This document shows positions 57,998 through 64,000 of a DNA stretch of 64,000 nucleotides, in pieces (the stretch's first letter is position 1; every line of letters begins with the position of its first letter). The notes below the pieces were generated by a model. It searched no databases. It was given only the letters and a program-made list of their open reading frames with translations, and was not told the origin of the DNA. Source of the DNA: an uncultured Aquificales bacterium (lineage in GTDB: Bacteria; Aquificota; Aquificia; Aquificales; Hydrogenothermaceae); assembly GCA_964516095.1 (NCBI GenBank), contig CAZEYS010000001.1:13095-77094 (forward strand). Direction: 5' to 3'. The position numbers and the translations under genes were made by a program.

Positions 57998-58960
57998 ATG
58001 GAGAAACTAAAAACAGAACTTAGAAGCTTGGTAAAAGAAAACTTAACGAAGTTTATGGATTCAGAAGTAGAATTAATACTTCGAATTGGAAATTATATAC
58101 TGGAAAGTGGTGGAAAGAATTTACGGCCTGTTCTTGTTCTTGCATTTGCTAAAATGCTTAACAGTACATCTTTAGATAATCTCATTCCCCTTGCCGTAGG
58201 GCTTGAATATATTCACACAGCATCTCTTCTTCATGATGATGTAGTAGACAAAGCAAATAAACGAAGAGGTAAACCTTCGGCAAATAAAGTTTTTGGCAAC
58301 GACACTGTAGTTCTTACTGGAGACTACATGTACGCAAACGCTCTTTACCTCTTTTCGAAGTATGGAAATATTGAAATGATAAAAGTAGTTAGTGATGCAG
58401 TCAAAAAAATGGCAGAAGGTCAATTATTAGAACTAAAGAAAATAGCTGACTTTGACATGAAAGAAGAAGAATATTTCAAAATAATAGACGGAAAAACAGC
58501 TGTTTTATTCGCAGCATGCAGTTTTGTAGGTGCCAATTATGCAAATGCAGATGAAACACAGCTAAAACAGGCCTATGAATATGGTATCAATATTGGCAGA
58601 GCCTTCCAAATTATCGATGATTTACTTGACTACACTTCTTCAGAAGAAAAGCTTGGTAAACCAGTATGCAATGATTTAAGAGAAGGAAAGGTTACTTACC
58701 CCCTCATTGCTGTTAGAGATTTGTTAAAAGAAGAAGAAAAGGAATTTTTTAAAACTCTTATAAAAACCATTGAACCTTCTAAAGAAGATATTTTAAAAGC
58801 AAAAGAAATAGTTCTAACCTATAAAGGCCATGAAATTTCTTTTGAAAAGGCTAAAAAATATGTGAGAAAGGCCATAGAAAATTTAGACTACTTTCCAAAA
58901 AATATTTATAATGAAGAATTAAGAAAATTAGCAGAATACATCATAGAGAGGAATGTATAA
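57998..58960 (+). CDS. Polyprenyl diphosphate synthase (IspB-like)
   Basis: GGKNLRP, HDDVVD, RRG, GQ, FQIIDDLLD, DLREGK. Confidence 0.92.
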   Translation: MEKLKTELRSLVKENLTKFMDSEVELILRIGNYILESGGKNLRPVLVLAFAKMLNSTSLDNLIPLAVGLEYIHTASLLHDDVVDKANKRRGKPSANKVFGNDTVVLTGDYMYANALYLFSKYGNIEMIKVVSDAVKKMAEGQLLELKKIADFDMKEEEYFKIIDGKTAVLFAACSFVGANYANADETQLKQAYEYGINIGRAFQIIDDLLDYTSSEEKLGKPVCNDLREGKVTYPLIAVRDLLKEEEKEFFKTLIKTIEPSKEDILKAKEIVLTYKGHEISFEKAKKYVRKAIENLDYFPKNIYNEELRKLAEYIIERNV

Positions 58961-59347
58961 ATGGAAAGAACAGTTCTTAAATCTAAAATCCACAGAATTA
59001 AAATAACAGGTGCTGACCTAAACTATGAAGGAAGTTTAACTTTAGATGAAGACTTAATGGAAAGGGCCAATCTTGTACCCTTTGAAAAAATAGAAGTTTA
59101 TAACGTAAATAATGGTCAACGATTTTCTACTTATGTAATACCTGGAGAAAGGTATAGTGGACAGTGTATTTTAAATGGTGCAGCAGCAAGACTTGGACAT
59201 AAAGGTGATATAATTATTATTGCATCCTATGTAAATCTTACAGACGAGGAGCTGAACGACTTTAAGATTAATCTTGTTTATATGGATGAAAATAATAATG
59301 TAAAGGAACATAAAAAAGTTTCCGTTTTTTCTAAAGAGTTAGTATAA
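58961..59347 (+). CDS. panD: Aspartate 1-decarboxylase
   Basis: LKSKIHR, YEGS cleavage site, TYVI, NGAAAR. Confidence 0.96.
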   Translation: MERTVLKSKIHRIKITGADLNYEGSLTLDEDLMERANLVPFEKIEVYNVNNGQRFSTYVIPGERYSGQCILNGAAARLGHKGDIIIIASYVNLTDEELNDFKINLVYMDENNNVKEHKKVSVFSKELV

Positions 59348-59357
59348 AGGCAAAAAA

Positions 59358-60383
59358 ATGAAAAAGAGCTGGGGCTTAGCAGTCATACTAACTTCAGCTC
59401 TTTTTTTTATTTCATGCAGTTCAAAATCTAGCAAGATTAACTATAACTATGTAGATTACGATGAAGAAATATACCTTCAGCAAGAGTACAAAAAAACCGG
59501 TATTAAAATTCCAAACAGATGGGAAATAAGAAAGTACTTAAATTACTATACCCATAAAGATAAAAAATTCATTAAAGAAGGTCTGTACAACGCCCAGAAA
59601 TTTTTACCTACTATAAAAAGAATTTTTAAAAAGTATGGTATTCCAGAGGATTTATCTTATTTGCCTCTAATAGAAAGTAAATTTAATCCTTATGCTGTAT
59701 CATCATCAGGTGCTGCAGGTTTATGGCAATTTTTACCTGTAACGGCGAGAAGATTTGGTTTAAAAATAAATTACAAAATAGATGAAAGAAAAGACCCATA
59801 TAAATCCACCATAGCAGCTGCTAAGTATTTTAGATATCTTTACTCAATATTTCATAGATGGGATCTGGTATTAGCAGCATATAACTGTGGAGAAGGGTGT
59901 ATTAAAAGAAAACTACGAGGAAGACAGAATTTCTGGCACATAAAACATAGACTTCCACGGCAAACAAAAGAGTATGTACCCAGGTTTTATGCAGCATTAT
60001 TAATAGCTAAAAACCCACAAAAATACGGCATATATGTTCCTCAGCGTCCACTTTTTATAATAAGAAAAAAAGCCAAGACAACTTTTTCTTTAAAGAAATT
60101 TGCCCAAATTTATGATATTGATTACAACCTTCTTAATTTATTTAACGCTCATTTAAAAAGAAAAATCGCTTATAAGGGAGTATTTTTAAATATTCCGCTG
60201 CAGCCAAATAAAGTAAAAAAAGTTTCTCTGCAGTATATGTATTATAAAGTCAAAAAAGGAGATACCTTGTACAGTATTTCCAAAAAGTTTGGCATTAATC
60301 TTGAAGATATAATAAAGGTAAATAATTTAAAAGGTTATAATATTAAAATTAATCAAATACTTAAAATACCCATAAATTACTAA
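59358..60383 (+). CDS. Lipoprotein lytic transglycosylase with LysM (MltD-like)
   Basis: Lipobox FISC, IESKFNP, AAGLWQF, LAAYNCG, LysM YKVKKGDTLYSIS. Confidence 0.9.
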   Translation: MKKSWGLAVILTSALFFISCSSKSSKINYNYVDYDEEIYLQQEYKKTGIKIPNRWEIRKYLNYYTHKDKKFIKEGLYNAQKFLPTIKRIFKKYGIPEDLSYLPLIESKFNPYAVSSSGAAGLWQFLPVTARRFGLKINYKIDERKDPYKSTIAAAKYFRYLYSIFHRWDLVLAAYNCGEGCIKRKLRGRQNFWHIKHRLPRQTKEYVPRFYAALLIAKNPQKYGIYVPQRPLFIIRKKAKTTFSLKKFAQIYDIDYNLLNLFNAHLKRKIAYKGVFLNIPLQPNKVKKVSLQYMYYKVKKGDTLYSISKKFGINLEDIIKVNNLKGYNIKINQILKIPINY

Positions 60384-60384
60384 A

Positions 60385-61437
60385 ATGATAGAAAGAAGAA
60401 AAACACGACCTGTTTATATAGGCAACGTTAAGATTGGAGACGATGCCCCTATTGTAGTCCAATCAATGACAGATACAAAAACCAGGAATGTAGAAGAAAC
60501 ATTATCTCAGATACATAGGCTTTCAGATGCTGGATGTGAAATTATAAGGGTAGCTGCTCCAACAGAAGAAGACGCCAAAGCTCTTGCTGAAATAGTAAAA
60601 AAATCTCCTATACCTGTTATAGCAGATATACATTTTTCTCCAAGAATTGCATTTTTAGCCCTTGATAGTGGAATACACGGCATAAGGTTGAACCCCGGAA
60701 ATATAAATGATAAAGGAAAAATCAAAGAAATACTTCAAGAATGCAAGAAGAAAAATATTGCTGTTAGACTTGGTGTTAATTCTGGTTCACTTGAAAAAAG
60801 GTTGCTGGAGAAATATGGATTTCCTTCAGGACCTGCTCTTGCAGAAAGTGCCCTTTACTGGTCAGAATTTTTTGAAAGTGTTGGTTTTACAAATTTTAAA
60901 GTTTCAATAAAAGGTTCTGATGTATTGCAAAACATCCATGCAAATCAGATTTTTGCAGAAAAAACAGATATACCATTACATATAGGCATAACTGAGGCAG
61001 GACCCCTACAAAGAGGTTCTATAAAATCTGCAGTAGGAATAGGAATACTTCTTTATATGGGAATAGGAGACACTGTAAGAGTATCATTAACAGCAGATCC
61101 AGAAGAAGAGGTAAAAGTTGCTTATGAGATACTAAAAGCCTTAGGTTTAAGAAAAAAAGGTATTGAAGTAATATCCTGTCCGACCTGTGGTCGAATTGAA
61201 GTAAACCTGCCAGAAATAGTTTCTAAAGTTGAAGAAAAACTAAAAAATATAGACAAACCCCTTAAAGTTGCTATTATGGGATGTGTTGTAAATGCAATAG
61301 GAGAAGCAAAAGAAGCTGATATCGGATTAGCATGTGGGAATAAGTCAGCAATTTTGTTTAAGAAAGGACAACCTATAAAAAGAGTATCTGAAGAAGAGAT
61401 GGTAGATGCACTGATTAATGAGATTAAAAATATATAA
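60385..61437 (+). CDS. ispG: HMBPP synthase
   Basis: VQSMT, ADIHF, RLNPGN, RLGVNSGSL, PLHIGITEAG, SCPTCGR, MGCVVN. Confidence 0.97.
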   Translation: MIERRKTRPVYIGNVKIGDDAPIVVQSMTDTKTRNVEETLSQIHRLSDAGCEIIRVAAPTEEDAKALAEIVKKSPIPVIADIHFSPRIAFLALDSGIHGIRLNPGNINDKGKIKEILQECKKKNIAVRLGVNSGSLEKRLLEKYGFPSGPALAESALYWSEFFESVGFTNFKVSIKGSDVLQNIHANQIFAEKTDIPLHIGITEAGPLQRGSIKSAVGIGILLYMGIGDTVRVSLTADPEEEVKVAYEILKALGLRKKGIEVISCPTCGRIEVNLPEIVSKVEEKLKNIDKPLKVAIMGCVVNAIGEAKEADIGLACGNKSAILFKKGQPIKRVSEEEMVDALINEIKNI

Positions 61438-61448
61438 CGGAGGAATAC

Positions 61449-61784
61449 ATGAGCTGGGAAGAGCTTGATGTTAATCTTAAAGGTGTAGCTGTTGATGTAA
61501 TTTCAGATGAGTGGTTAGATGAAGATATAGTGAACAAAGCCCCAGTTCAAATCTATAAAATAGCCAAAAGGAAAGGTGGATTTACATTGTTTATGAAAAC
61601 ACCAACAGAAGATATAGAATGGTACTTCTCTCGAGGTCTAACAGAATTCAAAATAGGTCAAGCGCGAGGAGGTAAATTTCTTCATATAGAACATGAAGAC
61701 GGACAGTACTGGGTTGATATGCAACTCACTAAAGAGGTTTATGAATTTCTAAAAGAATTTATAACAGACCAACAGGAGAAATAA
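61449..61784 (+). CDS. Hypothetical protein (111 aa)
   Basis: SD GGAGG; stop abuts the argB start. Confidence 0.75.
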   Translation: MSWEELDVNLKGVAVDVISDEWLDEDIVNKAPVQIYKIAKRKGGFTLFMKTPTEDIEWYFSRGLTEFKIGQARGGKFLHIEHEDGQYWVDMQLTKEVYEFLKEFITDQQEK

Positions 61785-62684
61785 ATGGAAAAAGCCCTCG
61801 AAAAAGCTGAAATATTAATGGAAGCCCTTCCCTATATAAATAAATTTAAAGGGAAGACATTTGTTATAAAATATGGCGGAAACGCTATGGCCAAAGCAGA
61901 TCTCAAAACAGCCTTTGCACAGGATATTTTAATGCTAAAGTACATCGGTATTAATCCAGTTATAGTACATGGTGGAGGACCTCAAATAGGAGAATACCTG
62001 AAGAAAATGGGTTTGGAAAGTAAATTTATCGGAGGTCTAAGAGTTACACCAAAAGAAACAATGGACGTTGTAGAAATGGTTTTAGGAGGATTAGTCAATA
62101 AAAATATTGTGATGCTGATAAATAAATATGCTGGTGGACATGTAAGAGCTGTAGGATTAACAGGGAAAGACGGAGGACTGATAAGAGCAAAAAAACTAGA
62201 CATAGAAGAATACTTTAAAGAAATTGGAGAATTTATACCAACAGAACTCTTAGATTTAGGACATGTGGGAGAAGTTGAATATATCGATACTCAAATACTC
62301 AAACATTTAGAACAAGACAACTATATACCTGTAATTGCCCCAATAGGATTTGATGTTGAAGGAAATGCCTACAACATAAATGCTGACTTTGTTGCAGCAG
62401 CGATTGCAGGAGCTTTAAAAGCAGAAAAGGCAATATTCTTGACAGACATAGAAGGTTTAAAAGATAAAGAAGGGAAAGTTATATCCTCACTAAAAAAAGC
62501 AGAAGCTCATAAACTTATAGAAAATGGAACTATTACCGGCGGAATGATACCTAAAATAAAAGCCTGTATAAAGGCCATAGAAGAAGGCGTAAAAAAAGCC
62601 CATATTTTAGATGGAAGGATACCCCATGCAGTTTTACTGGAAATTTTTACATCCCAGGGTATTGGAACAGAAATCACTGCATAA
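61785..62684 (+). CDS. argB: Acetylglutamate kinase
   Basis: VIKYGGNAM, VHGGGPQI, GLRVT, NINAD, GGMIPK. Confidence 0.96.
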   Translation: MEKALEKAEILMEALPYINKFKGKTFVIKYGGNAMAKADLKTAFAQDILMLKYIGINPVIVHGGGPQIGEYLKKMGLESKFIGGLRVTPKETMDVVEMVLGGLVNKNIVMLINKYAGGHVRAVGLTGKDGGLIRAKKLDIEEYFKEIGEFIPTELLDLGHVGEVEYIDTQILKHLEQDNYIPVIAPIGFDVEGNAYNINADFVAAAIAGALKAEKAIFLTDIEGLKDKEGKVISSLKKAEAHKLIENGTITGGMIPKIKACIKAIEEGVKKAHILDGRIPHAVLLEIFTSQGIGTEITA

Positions 62685-62780
62685 CATAATCATTGAATTT
62701 AATTTAATTTTCATTATAATTAATTATTCCATTTACAAAAATTTTAAGTTTAAAAATTTTGAAAGGAGGTTTTTTCTATC

Positions 62781-62867
62781 ATGGGCACTGATAATGGCCC
62801 AAGGACAAAGCTAAAAATTTTTAAGGAGGATAGAAAATGGAAAAAACCCTCGGACTGCATATCTTAG
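62781..62867 (+). other. Candidate 28-codon upstream ORF overlapping the speD start in another frame
   Basis: SD GAAAGGAGGT then ATG 62781; MGTDNGPRTKLKIFKEDRKWKKPSDCIS*. Confidence 0.45.
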
Positions 62868-63244
62868 CAGACCTTTACGGAGTAGATGGTTCTAAAATTG
62901 ACCACGTTGAAGATGTAAAAGAACTCTTAGAAAATGCCGTCAAATATGCAAATCTATCAAAACTATCATCTCACTTTCATCAGTTTTATCCTCAAGGAGC
63001 AACTGGAGTAATTCTCTTAGAAGAATCACACATCTCCATCCACACATGGCCAGAACATGGTTATGCTGCAGTTGATGTTTATACCTGTGGCGGAAAAGAA
63101 AAAACTTTCAAAGCTATGGAATACATACTAAAAGTATTAAAACCTAAAAGAGTTGATGAGAAAGTAGCAGAAAGAGGAGTTGTTCCGGTAGACACAGCAC
63201 AGGTTAATATAGAAAAACTGCAGCTTGAACCTGTAGAAAAGTAA
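62837..63244 (+). CDS. speD: S-adenosylmethionine decarboxylase proenzyme
   Basis: LGLHILADLY, GATGV..EESHISIHTWPE (E-S cleavage), DVYTCG. Confidence 0.95.
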   Translation: MEKTLGLHILADLYGVDGSKIDHVEDVKELLENAVKYANLSKLSSHFHQFYPQGATGVILLEESHISIHTWPEHGYAAVDVYTCGGKEKTFKAMEYILKVLKPKRVDEKVAERGVVPVDTAQVNIEKLQLEPVEK

Positions 63245-63341
63245 ACTTCTAACGTTAATAGAAAAAGTTTTATGATATAAGCCATTTATACCCAAAATAA
63301 AGGGGATTACTTTATCTAAATAATACACGATTTAATGTATT

Positions 63342-63785
63342 TTGGAGGATATTACTGTGGATTTAAGAAAAAAAGTATTAGAAATAATGAAAGACCTTAC
63401 ACCAGTTGTTGTAGCTACGTGTGATGGTCAAAAACCTTATACAACTTTTATCTCGTGGGCTACTGCTGTAGATGAAAATACTATTAGGATTGCCGTAAGC
63501 ACAAATGCAAAAACCACTGAAAATATAAGAAAAAATCCATATGTTGGGATAGAAGTCTTTGACGAAGATACTGCTTTATCAATAAGCGGGGAAGCTAAAA
63601 TTATAAAAGAAGAAATAGAAGGTATATCTTTTCCTGTAGCTGTTATAGAGATAAAAATTCTTGAAATTAATGATAATTTATTCCCAGGGGCAACTATTAC
63701 AGGAAAAATACCTTTTAAACATACTGGTAACATAGAAAAAGCTGAAGAATTAGACCAGAAAGTATTGCAGGCTCTCAAAAGTTAA
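63342..63785 (+). CDS. Pyridoxamine 5'-phosphate oxidase-like FMN-binding split-barrel protein
   Basis: [10 protein letters not shown]..., [15 protein letters not shown]. Confidence 0.75.
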   Translation: MEDITVDLRKKVLEIMKDLTPVVVATCDGQKPYTTFISWATAVDENTIRIAVSTNAKTTENIRKNPYVGIEVFDEDTALSISGEAKIIKEEIEGISFPVAVIEIKILEINDNLFPGATITGKIPFKHTGNIEKAEELDQKVLQALKS

Positions 63786-63786
63786 T

Positions 63787-64000
63787 ATGGCAAAGGTTGC
63801 AGTAATTGGGGCAGGTTTAGCTGGTAGTGAAGCTGCCTATAGGTTAGCTGAAGAAGGAATTAATGTAGACTTATATGAAATGAGACCTCAAAAAACGACT
63901 CCTGCCCATAAAACTCCTTATTTTGCGGAAATTGTTTGTTCAAATTCTCTAGGAAGTTTTGAAATAGGAACAGGGTCAGGACTTTTAAAGGAAGAGATGA
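63787..64000 (+). CDS. trmFO: tRNA m5U54 methyltransferase TrmFO (3'-truncated by the window edge; absent from the ORF track)
   Basis: [17 protein letters not shown]...EMRP...[14 protein letters not shown]. Confidence 0.93.
   Translation, partial: MAKVAVIGAGLAGSEAAYRLAEEGINVDLYEMRPQKTTPAHKTPYFAEIVCSNSLGSFEIGTGSGLLKEEM

Noticed and set aside
62794-62814. Resemblance of MAQGQS to the mammalian AdoMetDC uORF MAGDIS
   Set aside because: Lacks the critical Asp-Ile and has no SD of its own; likely coincidence
58961-63244. Two pyruvoyl decarboxylases (panD, speD) close together as a shared maturation system
   Set aside because: Unrelated folds that self-cleave; separated by unrelated genes
131-63778. 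Many short ORFs in the track antisense to or nested in known genes (e.g. 6048-6422, 21392-21877, 37612-38019, 51017-51454)
   Set aside because: Shadow frames of well-supported genes; no SD or motif
1-64000. CRISPR arrays, rRNA, prophage, integrase, intact transposase, phase-variable homopolymers
   Set aside because: None seen; poly-A/T runs fit Lys/Phe codons in an AT-rich genome and do not break frames

Overview
AT-rich, gene-dense bacterial chromosome segment. Gene content (stand-alone Pol I 5'-3' exonuclease, archaeal-type MAT, ATP-dependent ligase, Aquifex-like SpeD, scattered atp gene) points to Aquificota, probably Hydrogenothermaceae; this is inference. Most of the window is housekeeping (prfB, hemB, nth, dapB, coaX, pdxJ, glmS, gltX, ftsH, tilS, rpsT, rsmG, surE, tsaE, rpsP, ffh, ahpC, kdsC, mnmA, pilBTC, accC, nfo, panD, ispG, argB, speD, trmFO), with two tRNAs. 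No CRISPR array, rRNA, prophage or intact transposase was seen. Best candidates for new biology: (1) a three-gene alginate/mannuronan-like system (TolC-like channel, PilZ-Alg44, Alg8 fused to a beta-helix domain) with no recognisable AlgK/AlgE; (2) a tnpB-less IS200/IS605 right-end (omegaRNA-like) scaffold with its own sigma70-like promoter, upstream of a dksA-like gene; (3) a two-component operon with an 11-bp-period operator, a His/Met-rich repeat protein and a TSP3-barrel protein; (4) tRNAs tightly coupled to mRNAs (nfo stop codon inside tRNA-Arg; tRNA-CAU 5 nt before tilS); (5) an HATPase-GNAT/STAS module; (6) unannotated small ORFs and leaders, including a speD uORF and a Tyr-rich leader or anti-SD sRNA before kdsC. 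All calls were made by eye; no database searches, folding or composition calculations were run.
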